Shown here: piece by piece, positions 1-11,611 of the stretch
Layout of the letters: each line of letters starts with the position of its first letter
Numbering within the stretch: the first letter of the stretch is position 1
DNA from: Ascidiella aspersa
Taxonomy: Eukaryota
Assembly: GCA_963924565.1 (NCBI GenBank)
Contig: OZ004615.1
Location: 8,122,001-8,186,000 of the forward strand
Reading direction: 5' to 3'
DNA length: 64,000 nucleotides
Program-made: the position numbers and the translations under genes
The notes under the pieces: model-generated
What the model was told of the DNA's origin: nothing
The model's database searches: none
Seen by the model: only the letters and a program-made list of their open reading frames with translations

Positions 1-331
1 CCGACATCAAGTTAGAAATGATTTCTCTTCCGGCGATTTCAGACTGTACAACACTGTAGCCCATAAGTTTTAAATTTCGCTCGATAGCACAGACATAGTC
101 GAAATCATCAGGATGTCCAATCAAAGCAATATCCCCATCCGGGATGCCAGACGATGACACAGTTGAAGCTGTGTAGTAAGCTTGTGTATTATTTACATTA
201 TCCAGTGAAGATGTGCGTGTTGGTAAAAAAAATTTAAAGGAGCACATAATCAAATTAAATACCAATATATTGTTAAAGTAAAAGGATTATAAGTATAAAA
301 TCACCGAGATACCTGTAGAAGCAGCTTCCAT
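1..331 (-). CDS. 5' part (exon 1 at 313-331, partial exon 2 at 1-167) of a further TIR-SAMD9-like gene copy that continues beyond the left edge
   Basis: Near-identical to 30507-30836; reads MEAAST/ASTVSSSGIPDGDIALIGHPDDFDYVCAIERNLKLMGYSVVQSEIAGREIISNLMS with the same splice sites. Confidence 0.75.
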
Positions 332-1876
332 TTTCCACTATAAGCTTTCAATAACCATTCACTCACAATATTATGTTTTCTGTAATAATAGATGAAAATA
401 TTGTCACTTACTTCGCCGAGCTATAATAATTAAAGATAAACTGTGTTAAATTAAAATTATATCCAATAAATAACTACGTAACCTAACTGTAGAAGCTCTA
501 TATTCGTAGTAGGCTATACCTATTTGCTTAACTCGCTAGCCTTTATTATTGAAAAACAAAACACACAGTGCTTTGAGTAAAAGAGTCTCTTAAAATAAAT
601 TAAAAAATTGGTTGCACTAAATTTCTAGTCTTTAATGAGCTAGACCACCACAGCAAAAGGTTAATTTTTCTATATAGCTTTGATCTTATAAATTCAAAGA
701 GCAATAATGCGTCACATTTTTTCTCTGGGCCCTGGGAGCAGCTGTAGGCTTCTTAACCAAAAATGAAATTACTTTTGTTGCAAAGTTAACCAACGAAATT
801 TCTGTGTTAAACTCGCTTTTGGCTCTCTGGTTTAATTATTTTGTTCTGGATAATAATATCCTAAAAATATCCAGGTGGACCAAGTTTCATGGTTTTTCGA
901 ATCTTGTGCGCTCGCCACCCGCCCACTACATTAGTAACTTCAAAGAGACATCGGAAATCGTGACTAGACATACAACTAATTTTCGACAGTTTTGCGCGAG
1001 CATTCTAATCGGACAAACCTTTGGCGGTAAAATCACGCACAAGTTGTTACTGGCCACTGTTTTATTTTATTTTAGCAAAACCTATGCTCCTGCGCTTGTT
1101 TTTGTAAAGGCTTAACTGGCAGTGTTTGGTACAGCCTGTACTAACAGCCCAAAGTTTATAATAATTAACTAGTGAAGGAAAGTAAACTCCGCCATACGGG
1201 GAATACCGAATTTCCCCATGGTGGTGTTTTGAGCAGAATTAGAAATATTCACTGGGGTTTGCAACAACGGTAGCATTCTGTATCAGGAAACCAAATGTTT
1301 TATACTTTGCGCTGTTGTTTAAATGTTGCCAAAAAAATCTAAAACTCATCTATGTCCTGCTGCTGCTAGAGCTTACCTAACTAAACCTACGCAACACAGA
1401 ACAACAGTCGATTCATTTGCCCACACATCCACTGCCTAAACATACACATATACCGACACACAACGCTATATCTGATACTGGCTATTGTTCATCAACTTTA
1501 AAAATATTTCGCAATCCTGTAAATTACACTTCAACAGCAGAGTTGTGTATTACGCAAAGCATATGCAAACATACGACAGGTAAGTTATATATTCAGACTG
1601 TATGCTAAACATTTTGGCGACGAACGGATTCTAAATTATTCGCAATGGTTATACAACGATTCGGAACTTTGGTGGAAACTTTTACACAAATATTGCACTT
1701 TCGCTCTGACGTCGCTTCTGGTAAAACAAGACCGGTAACGCAATTTACAAGCATTTGTGACAAGGGCGACGAGTGTATGGTTCATGTGCAAAGCGGACAG
1801 ACGATTACAGATGGGCAAAACTAAAACTAAAAACGGTTCAGCGTGGTCGGTAGAAGAGAGCTGATTTCGTTTCTGA

Positions 1877-3698
1877 TCATTCTGCAGGCACGACCACCTT
1901 CTCTGCCGCTGCCTCTTCACAGGTGGTGTCCTTGCAGGTGCACGACAAGATGGTTAACTGACTGTGCTTTCTTGGCGTGGCGTCGTCGCAAACCATGTCG
2001 TAGTTCCTCGACGCGGTGAAGGCCGGTTTGCAGCACTTGCACTTCCCTAGGGACGAACAGCGACAAAATTAGGAAGTTGTAGAAAGCTGTGCTTTTCTTC
2101 GGGGCGGCGCCTCGAGGAACTAGGGCTTTCTAGGGTATTTTTACCGCGGTTTTGACTTTTTACAGCCTTAAAGAGCAACAGGGCCCGCAGGCTAACCTTT
2201 TAGCGATTTTGTAATATTTTACCACTTGGACTAGCGAACCCTTAAGTTATAGCCTTAGTTTACCAACAACGCTAGCAGGGTCTCTATAAGTTTTAAACAA
2301 ACCAACAAATAGAAAAAAAAATACGTTTAGATAAGCCGTTTTCAAACTGGGGTCCGCAGACCAAATGGAGTTCGTACAGCAGTTTTAGAGGGTCCGCAAA
2401 GGAGAATGAGTTTTTAAGTTTTTCAACATTAGGCTTTGGCGAATGTTTTCAAACATTATTCTATGTTTTTTCTCTTAGTTATGCTTTATTATTCGGTCGT
2501 GTTGAGTGTTTTATAATGCCTTTTGTGACATCATAAAGCATCTATTATGCTGTACTACCTACTGTCAGCGAATCGTTCGCCTTAGTTAGAAAGTTGTTAC
2601 ATTAGAAAGAATCGTCACTGCATTATGGTGTACTTTAAGAAATGTGGGTCAACTGACCCTTGAACTTTTATAGGGCAGTGAAATATCAAGTAATTGCAAA
2701 GAGACCACCAGGCAATTTTTTTAGAAACGTTTGGGAACAGCTGGTTTAGATAATACCCTCATTCGACACTCCTGTTTCGTGACAGCTTAGTCCGTAGTTT
2801 GAATAATGACAATGAATTGATTGCGTTTGTTATCCCCACACCATTGTGGCCAAAGACGGTATTTTACCTGCTATGAGTGCTGTGTGGTAGGGCACGATCC
2901 CGAGCAGTAGTTGATGTCGTAGGCCTTGTTTGTCCATCAGCGGTGACCTTCCACGGTTGCATTGAGAATCACGTTCCGAGTGCCGACTGCGCACGGGTAG
3001 GGCGACACTTCACCTTCAAAATGGAAAGTCAAGTTTTAGTCTTGCTTTTATGCAGATGTTTCGTCGTTCATATAAACATTGTACAAACGCCGTGTAGCCC
3101 CAAATTTTTCCTGGTCCAAATTATATTTCCAGTGTTTCTTATCTTTTTTGATAAAATCGTTTTAGCCCAAAGGTGTCCTGCGTCCTATCGCACCGTCAAA
3201 ATAAAAGTTTGGACTTAAACGATATAAAGACGCTTTACGCAAATCGATAACATAGTTGCAATGTAGCTTTTGTATTGAAAATAGCACCTCTCTAGCCTTA
3301 AACTTTTTCAAAATAAACGAGCTGTGTGGTGTACAAAAGGTTACTTTTTGAGACGATTTAGATGTAACTTTGTGACGTCTTTTATTACAAGAAAAATGGT
3401 ATTGTCATTCGCAAAACAAAATTCTTAGATGCGTTAATCAGTTCAACTGTGTTGTACCGCCATAGGGGAAAAACTAAAATTTACTTTTATTCAGGCCCTC
3501 TTAGTCGTTATGCCAGCCCTATAGCTTTTCGTCAAATAACTGATTCCAAATCAACCTGTTGAAGGTAGCTTTTTACGCTGATCGTGTGAATTTGTTAGTA
3601 CCAACAACTGTAAATAACCCTCAAGAAAGCAAACTCGTATACTTACAGTACTTGCAGCAGCCAGAAGTAGAAAGGTTGGCAAGAATCCGTCTACCCCT
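1877..3698 (-). pseudogene. Duplicated 3' tail (last three exons, CTCK domain) of the mucin/vWF-like gene, frameshifted
   Basis: Exons 3647-3698, 2868-3013 and 1877-2046 match 51975-52026, 51184-51348 and 49920-50089. The middle exon lacks 19 nt (gacccgacgtagggttgat), causing a frameshift. Homology stops at ~3700, at the splice acceptor. Confidence 0.85.
2333..2743. mobile_element. hAT/Charlie-like MITE in mucin intron (also in the other three mucin-tail copies)
   Basis: 8-bp TSD GTTTAGAT (2325-2332, 2744-2751); degenerate ends aagccgttttcaaac...gtttgggaacagctg; ctggggtccgc motif. Confidence 0.65.
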
Positions 3699-4673
3699 CT
3701 CGTTATTTAAACGTAGAATTTTTTCACAGAATAACTAAATTCATAAAAAACTCAAAACAATCTGATGTTCTCACTAAAAATGGAATGTTGAAGGGGGAAA
3801 CTGTAATGTGACCTAGAAGCTACGCCGAGTGAAAACTTTTTTTCATTAACCCGCCTTATAAACATGATTATAAACTCTTTCAAAGATATATATATAGGCC
3901 TATATATGTGAGTATTTTTATAAAATTGTCAGCTCTCCGGTTGGCCTTTTATTATTTTCGTTGTTGTTTTATCAGCTTAATGGTTATACCCAGAATGCGA
4001 TTCAGAATCTCCGCTATTTTATTCTTGCAACAACAAAAGATATTTGACAGTTCAGAGATTAATCAATTAACAAGTAAACCTTATAGGCAAAATAGGAGCA
4101 TGTAAGGTAATGGCAGCTCTTAAAGAGTCATTTTTTGTTCTTGGTTGATTTGTTTCTAGGTATAGTAAACGTTATTATTTTTAATTTTTCAAAGACGGAA
4201 AACATTCGCTTGCAGCATAAAAAAATGCCTTTATAGTTTAAGTTGCCCAAAGGTACAGCAAATAAGGACTAAACCGATTTCAACAAAATTGGCTATGGTA
4301 AAGTACAAACATAGCGGTAATCCGCGCAAAGGCAAGTTGTTTTGCATTTACAAAGTTAAAATGGGCAAAAAGCACGGTTTGGGGGCAGGGGGCATGGTCA
4401 CTCTTCAGAATTTTATCTTTTAACCAAGAAAAACGCCGTGTTGGGTCGCAAACCGTAGGTAAAATTTCTATATCGTCGGGCATTAAATCGGCACCGATGA
4501 AAACCACGTCATACCAGACGAGTACCGATATAACCTCCCAGTATGGGGACTTTGATGATATTATCATCAACATATAGCAAAAGACGAGTAACACTGCAAT
4601 AACGCGCGTGTCGGATACCGTCGCCAAACCAAAACCACCGGTTATTCTGAATGGGGGTCTTCTTAAGACTAAC

Positions 4674-7600
4674 CACTTTCGTCCTGTTGGCGTCGAAAAT
4701 GCAATTGTCCCGGTGATCTTTGGCGGTGCTGATTGTCTGGCACTTTTCGAACAGAGACGACGTGAGCAGATCGCACACATCCTCTTCACAAGTCTGGTTT
4801 CCGCAGACGGACGGCAGCGGTGTGACACCTTCCCCGATCAACCTTCCAAAGTATAAAGGTTTGCCGTAAGTGCTTGATTGGTCCTTGCCGTCGTATTTCG
4901 TTTGAAATCGTGAAAGTTGGTCGCGCTGGCGACGAGTAGAAAACGTTACGAATCAGGATGTAAAATATTTTATTGTAGAACAGCAAAACAGGATATGGGT
5001 TTCTTTATTGGGGAGGCCACGAATCGAATACCGTCGTTATCAAATACTCGACCGAGTCAAGTAATTTATCGGTTCAGACGTTAGTTAAGCAAATAGTTGT
5101 GTACGTTTTGAATATTACACTTTTTAGCCAAGGTGTGCGTAAAGGTAGACACTCATTTTTATCACAAGGAAGGTATGCCCCATGGAAAAGAAAACATTGA
5201 ACGATCTAAATCTCTGTTCTTCTTTTTACTTGGCGTGTAAAATAGTAACATTATCATTCAATGTAATTTGTTAAACGTGGTCAATATCACTGGGTTATCA
5301 GTAAACCAAAAATCGCGATAAGCATTCCTCTCGAAGTAGAGTATTACGAGAATTTGCCCATCCCAAATATTTATTTACCAACCAACTTAATTAGAAATAT
5401 ATAAGGCCACTGACGTATATTTTCTTAAAAATTAAATAAATGTAATAATTTAACAACATTGGAATAATATCGGGGGAAACTTTTTTATAAAAGGGCGGCC
5501 TACGTGTTTTCTTCAATTCCCCAAATGGACGACGAACATTTCTGTATTTATTATACAGCAATCTACCTTCTTAGGTTATAGTTAGCAATAATCCTGTGAT
5601 GCCTAGTAACGAAAGCAGTCTACAGTTCGGCAATTATTTAAAAAAAAACATGGTTGAGCTAAAGAAGGCCACGATTAAAGCAAATTGAAAGAGAAACTTT
5701 TATCCTACGCTGCGCAGTCGGTGACGTTCGGCTTTTTGCATTCGTTGATTCTCCAACTGTGTCCGAAGTCATTCACGTCGTCAATGATCGTCTTATTGCT
5801 GCCCTCGAAGTCGTCTTGCTTGTCGGCGGAGCAGGTACCTGGGCAAACCGCGCTTGTTGTTTTTAAACGACAGTGTGTATTTGCAAGGTCAGAACTTATC
5901 AATTTTCAATTTTGCTTTCTCGGCGAAATTTTATTAAAGTACCGACGTTTCGACAACCTATTAGCGCAATCTTCGGGGCGAGAAATACGAGATAAACAGT
6001 TCACAACCAAAAAACAGCCTGCGCGAAAAACGAGGCTTTTCGTTTTGTGTTTCTCGCCTTTTGGTGTAGTACGTTGTCCATCGATTTTTCCTCTTTCATT
6101 GTTTGTCTGGTATATATGCATTTTTTCGCCTATAGTTTCAATAACATTAGCCCGAAGAAGATTGCCCGAATTGGTGGTCGAAAGGTTGGTGCATCAATAA
6201 ATCTTGCCGGATGAATAATTTTACAATTGAAACAATGCCTGCCACCCACAATATTTTCCTTCGTGGGAATTTATGTTGAAAAACGCACACTTTCACTTAT
6301 CCAAAAGCGATAAAAATATAATATGAAAGAATTGTCCCAGAATAATTGTCAAAGTAACAATTTAAAAAGGGTTCTAACCCAATTTCAAGTTATAGAGTTG
6401 TGTCTAACTCCAAGTGATGTCCTCTCATTACAAACATGAAGTCGCGGTCTCAAGTCTCAATAATTAAGCTCAGTGAAAGACACACACAAACAAATGTGTT
6501 TAATAACATTTGTGATCTAGCCCCTCGGAAGTTGCTTTATGACCAACGATTACGGCTTCCGTATCAATAGTACACCGAAAAGCCATCGCAGACTCGCCGA
6601 ATCTGTCGATCTATGATGCAAGCAGAGCAAGCCAGAAAAACAACTGGCCTGCAGTGAGGTTCGAACTCACGACCTCCGGTCAAGCCGGGACCGTCGCTCT
6701 ACCAACTGAGCTATGCAGGCTCAGAGAGGAGCGAGTCGAGAAACAACCATGCGCCAATACTTGCACATTTTGTTAGTACAAGCAACTTCACACTGGGGGA
6801 TCATCAGTCCGTATCAATCAATGAAAGACACACACAAACATATGTGTTTAATAACATCTGTAATGTGCAAGTATTGGCGCATGGTTGTTTCTCGACTCGC
6901 TCCTCTCTGAGCCTGCATAGCTCAGTTGGTAGAGCGACGGTCCCGGCTTGACCGGAGGTCGTGAGTTCGAACCTCACTTCAGGCCAGTTGTTTTTCTGGC
7001 TTGCTCTGCTTGCATCATAGATCGACAGATTCGGCGAGTCTGCGATGGCTTTTCGGTGTACTAATTAAGCTCAGCTGTCATTATTACATATCAAAAATGT
7101 TGAACTGGGTGGTCAACAAACCAAGTTAAAGGTTTTGAAATTTACGTCTCATGAGAATACAAATGTATTTTTACAAAAACTTAAACTGTTTCAGTATGTA
7201 ATGGTCTAAAATCGGGTAGCGGCGACACTTATCTATAAAGGGGCTCCAACATAACGATTGGAACAAGAAAATTGTGCGAAGGTGGTAACCATTCTTAATC
7301 TGTTTAAACTTACCGCAGAGGCCGACTGTTTTATTAAACATGGTCGAGACTGGTATCATAATGACGACGAAGGGGGAGGTGGCGAGGGTGACGTAAAACA
7401 GGTTCAGGTTGATTTCGGGAATACGCAGGTTGACCTTGCTATCGGCCATCGATATTGTCATTCCTGCCCCAGACCACATAAGCGTAACACTGCTGCCGTT
7501 TACGAAAACCTGCGACAAAAATATTCTTTAGATTAGATGAGCGCTTTCTTGTCAGCCCGAAATTGCTTTAAATGAAAGGACAACTTGGTTTAAGTGTCGA

Positions 7601-10600
7601 ACTAAACGCCGGTTGCCTAGCCTTCAAAACAAATTGGAAAACAATGTATTAAATATCTGCAAACGTGTTTCGCCATTCACCGAATTAGACAGGGAGATGC
7701 CGTCAGCTTGATACAACTCGACTGTTGTATAGTCCCATCGGACAAACACCTTCTTCAGGCAAGTGAGCGGTCCGCTTGGTGAGGTGGAACACACTTCGTT
7801 TTCGCTAAACAAAGCAAATGTCATTAATTGCCTGGTTCGCAGTAGTTCGTCGTTATAACTGGCCATGTTTCATTTTCTTTTAGATGCATTTGCCTTATTC
7901 CCTTGTTATGAGTAGCAACAAAATTGACCTCTTTTTTATTTAGTCATCGCAAGTTTGCGGTGTTGACTTAGTATTTGAGGTGCTCAGCAGTAATTATAAA
8001 AGTCTGCACCAATTAACAGCGACATCTTGATTGCCCATTTTTAGAGGAGACTGCAATTAGTTTTGATGTTTTAACATGAGCAGGGGGTGAGTAGAAGAAT
8101 GCCATTGCAAGATTGGTGCCATATAGTTTTAAACATAACCTAGGATAAAAAAAGTAATTTTTAGAAACACCATACCTGTAGATATGGAGGCGAGATGGTG
8201 CAGTTCGGTAGGTGACGAGAGTGTACTGACATTGACCCATGAAGCTATATGGCCTGCTATCGAAAGTCATGTAATGGGGGTCTCCATAAGCAACACAAGC
8301 ACCTGCGAATACACAAATCACGTGAGCATGTGAAAATCGCTTGGTATCTGATGACAAGAAAGTGTTAAACAGAGGTCCGTTGTAAACTAATAATCTCGAA
8401 CTGAGGTTTTGGCAATTTGACTGGTCCCTGCATTATTCGAAGGAAAGAAAAGATGTAACAAAGTTAACCTGTTTAAACATTACTGCTGTAATAAGAGCGT
8501 TTTACTTTTTTGTCCCCCCAAAAAAGTTATATAACCTAATGAATAAATTGTTGTCGACCCCACTTTGCGATCAGGTGATATAATTTATCAACCAAGAACT
8601 TTACGTATAGCAATGAGCTTATTGTTGAGTATATCAACTCACATTGGCATTCCACGTTGGGGCAGCAAGGGTCGTCGGGGTTGGGGATATCAACTCGGCT
8701 CTGTCCTATCGCGCAGGTCTTCTGTGAGTTTGTGCAGTACTTGGGGTGCTCGACAATCTCGCAATCGCCGTCGCAAGAGCATTGACAGCTCTTGGTCATG
8801 CAAGTGCCCGCTTTCCATGTCGAGCCGGCCTGTGCGCAAGCGAAACAACTTCGGTTTATTATGTCCCGGTTTCCCGCTTTGTCACGAACGTTCGCTCCAG
8901 CACGCAAAATACAACAAAATGGACGGATCAACGCGACGGCGGAGGGGGATGTTTCATGGCTACCATCAACCCGAAAGGCAATCGTGTGGAAAACGATTTA
9001 TACTTAATAGGATAAAACTATAGAGAGCTTGGTGTAATACAGTATCCATTTGCCGTGTCGCACAATAAGGGCAATCATTAAAAAACAGTTAATCTAAAGC
9101 CACCTTTGAACGTTTTAGTGCGAATTTCGCAGACTTGTTTTTGCTATTTCCAGCAAAAATAATTGAGGGTTTGGCGATTCATTTTTAGCACAATTTAACT
9201 CTTCTGACTATAGCTAAATATCGAACTAAATAATCGTAAATTATAAGTAACCTATCCCCAGTCCTAGCTGACGGGTTTACAGCTAAAGCATATGACTGTG
9301 TCTCCTATAGTTTAAGGCAGTCAATACATTCTGCACCAATTACAGATACTTTTATCATTTCGTCAAGGGCATAAAATATGTTTAACTATTGAATGTACAA
9401 CACAATATAACCATATAGGGCTGTTATGCATTAGCATTTTATGGCAACGTGTTCTGCACATGTTAATGTCACTCAAAATTGATATCCGATAGTTGGTTTT
9501 GGAAGTATAAGTAGATTGTAGACATCAGATGGAATAAAGGTGGAGCCGTTTATCTTATTATTTTAGGATTGATTTAATACAAACAAAAAGAGAACTAAAA
9601 ACATACAGCGCTGCGTTAGTTTAGCGTTGTTCTTTACCGAATAGCTTTGGCCCTGGTCGTAACAGTCCGATACACAGCAAGTTGCGTTGCAACACGGCGT
9701 ACTACTTTTCGTGTTCGGTAGGCTGGTTTGGCCGGTGGCGCAGACCTCTTTTGTGCAAACGCTATCGTCTTGGTATAACTTCACCAGCGGACAGCCGCTT
9801 TCTTGCTCGAGACATATCTGTAACAAAATTAGCTCTCACAGTTACGTTTTTAATCAAAAGTAACCGTTATTGTAAACGGGTGGCAACAACACAAATTGCC
9901 GTTGCAAAATTATTTTTGTTACTAGTTTGACATATGTCTTACATACATGTGTTGCAGTATCGTAGCATGACGTATTTAGTCGGTAAAATGTTTACTGGTA
10001 AAACAACTGTTTGTTAAATGCTGAAAATATATAACAGGAAAACACCCAGGTAAAGCAATATGCTACTTTACTGGCTTGTTGTAAATATTTTTTTAGACTT
10101 AAACTAATTTAAAAAATAAGGCAAAAAAATGAATGCAACACAAGTTTTGGTAAAACGCGATAAACCTGGGTAACGCATTCAGAACTCTTCCAAGTTTCGT
10201 TGATCGCTCTCAAATTTTCTTCTGCGTCAAGGCACTTCGTACAAACGCACGTTCGGTTTGCGCAGCAGGGATTAAGCATACCGTCCTGAAGTAATGTGAA
10301 ATAAAACAGTTTGTAAGCTAGTTGTTTGTAAATAAGGCAGGGTTGCAACGTTAATGACAATTTGAATTTAAATATACAATTGCGGAAACGTAAATATTTT
10401 CAGTGCGCAGTGAGACATCAGAGATTTTTAATTCGGTAATTTAATTGTGCGCATGTGCTTCATAGGTAAATTTAGCTAATCGTGTTTTTTTTTTCTAAAA
10501 CAAAGTGGTCCATAAAAAGCACCTATATATTTCTCTGATTGAATTTCTTAGTTGTGAACAATGTTTACCTGCGAAAGCTCGACTTGGCGCGACTTATCTG

Positions 10601-10764
10601 TAATGCATTGCCCGGCTTAGCTATACACAACAACGTTATTTCAAACGCGTTACCGTAAAAATTTCCTCCAGAATGCCGCACTCTGGTTTAGAAGCGGCGC
10701 ATTGCGTTTCGTTGCAAGAGCAGTTGTAGGACGGACAGCATTCATCTCCGGTAGCTGGGTATTC
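4674..10764 (-). CDS. Orphan internal segment of a mucin/vWF-like gene: Cys-rich repeats + VWD domain + start of C8 domain (9 exons, ~448 aa, no start or stop; probably a gene fragment)
   Basis: Phase-compatible GT-AG exons 10654-10764, 10166-10285, 9638-9817, 8643-8829, 8176-8302, 7681-7804, 7314-7509, 5709-5838, 4674-4842. VWD hallmarks CVAYGDPHYMTFD...F.G.CQY.L and TVGLCGTC...DDF...FGHSW; C8-like CDLLTSSLFEKC...NCIFD. Confidence 0.8.
6646..6720 (-). pseudogene. tRNA-like SINE head (Pol III A and B boxes), left arm
   Basis: GCCTGCA/TGCAGGC acceptor stem, TAGCTCAGTTGG A box, GTTCGAAC B box; anticodon arm non-canonical. Confidence 0.75.
6911..6985 (+). pseudogene. tRNA-like SINE head (Pol III A and B boxes), right arm
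   Basis: GCCTGCATAGCTCAGTTGGTAGAGC...GTGAGTTCGAACCTCACTTCAGGC; one acceptor-stem mismatch relative to the left copy. Confidence 0.75.
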
Positions 10765-11388
10765 CTACAACACACCGAATAGTCAAGAAAAACTTTGTTT
10801 TGGTTCAAATTTGCGAGGTATGTTTGTTACCCTCCTAATCTTGGTTTAGATTTGGTTTCCTACTTTTTATAAGCGACAACGTCTTATTATTTGCGAAAAA
10901 GTGTGTTGTGCAGCCATTTTTAATGTTTAAACAGGGTGTGGCCAAATAAAAAATACCTAAAAGACAAGAAATACTAGTTTAGTTAAAAATTGAAGTTAAA
11001 GTAATGTCATCTAAGTAAGGAAGAGGGATGAATGTCGTAAAAATAATTTTTGCGTTATCGCGGTCGACAGACAATTGGTTTTCAAAAGACTGGATGAAGT
11101 TCTTTTACAAGATTGTGTGCAACAACTTATCAAAATAGTTAAAATCACATTTGTTTCGCCAAAAGGTTCATTTAGAACAGGGGTTCTAAAACTGGGGTCC
11201 ATAGACCCCTTGGGGAACGTGAGCTCGTTTTAAGGGTCCATGAATGCCCAATTAAAAGACTAGTGTATATTTAGAAGTAATCAAACTTTCAAAGAAAAAG
11301 TTTAATAAAACTAAAACATTCTTGCACTGAATGTATTCAGACTTCATTTCACTTTCACATTTTTTGGACCGAAACTGCAGATTTTCAC

Positions 11389-11611
11389 CAGGATGTCCAA
11401 TCAAAGCAATATCCCCATCCGGGATGCCAGACGATGACACAGTTGAAGCTGTGTAGTAAACTTGTGTATTATTTACATTATCCAGTGAAGATGTGCGTGT
11501 TGGTAAAAAAAATTTAAAGGAGCACATAATCAAATTAAATACCAATATATTGTTAAAGTAAAAGGATTAAAAGTATAAAATCACCGAGATACCTGTAGAA
11601 GCAGCTTCCAT
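11389..11611 (-). pseudogene. Truncated TIR-SAMD9 copy: exon 1 (11593-11611) and first ~60 nt of exon 2, cut at a rearrangement junction
   Basis: Identity with 109-331 ends abruptly after DIALIGHP at ~11389; sequence further left is unrelated. Confidence 0.85.

Larger units (their letters stand above)
6474..7061. mobile_element. tRNA-derived SINE-like insertion with two inverted ~200-bp arms
   Basis: 13-bp TSD TAATTAAGCTCAG (6461-6473, 7062-7074); arms 6568-6769 and 6862-7063 are near-perfect reverse complements; ~40-bp direct repeat at 6474 and 6822. Confidence 0.8.

Noticed and set aside
1636-1920. Recurrent 'MKRQRQRRWSC' ORF (also at 12961, 32105, 49679) and other repeated short ORFs
   Set aside because: Alternative frame of the mucin last exon and 3' UTR, or non-coding DNA; repeated only because of the segmental duplication
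6780-6815. Complete hammerhead ribozyme at the minus-strand CTGATGA
   Set aside because: No stem II or GAAA follows; only a partial core is visible
6911-6985. Functional tRNA genes (apparent GGC anticodon) here and at 6646-6720
   Set aside because: The anticodon loop lacks U33 and purine 37, arm spacing is off, and both lie inside a TSD-flanked insertion; better explained as SINE heads
10569-10597. 29-nt micro-exon with AG/GT borders
   Set aside because: Not a multiple of 3 between two phase-0 junctions; skipping it keeps the frame. It could instead mark a frameshift in a pseudogene
10654-11611. Chimeric TIR-mucin fusion gene across the 11389 junction
   Set aside because: Available donors (exon 1, and CCTG|gtgaaa at the junction) are phase 1, while the next mucin exon starts in phase 0; no in-frame join seen
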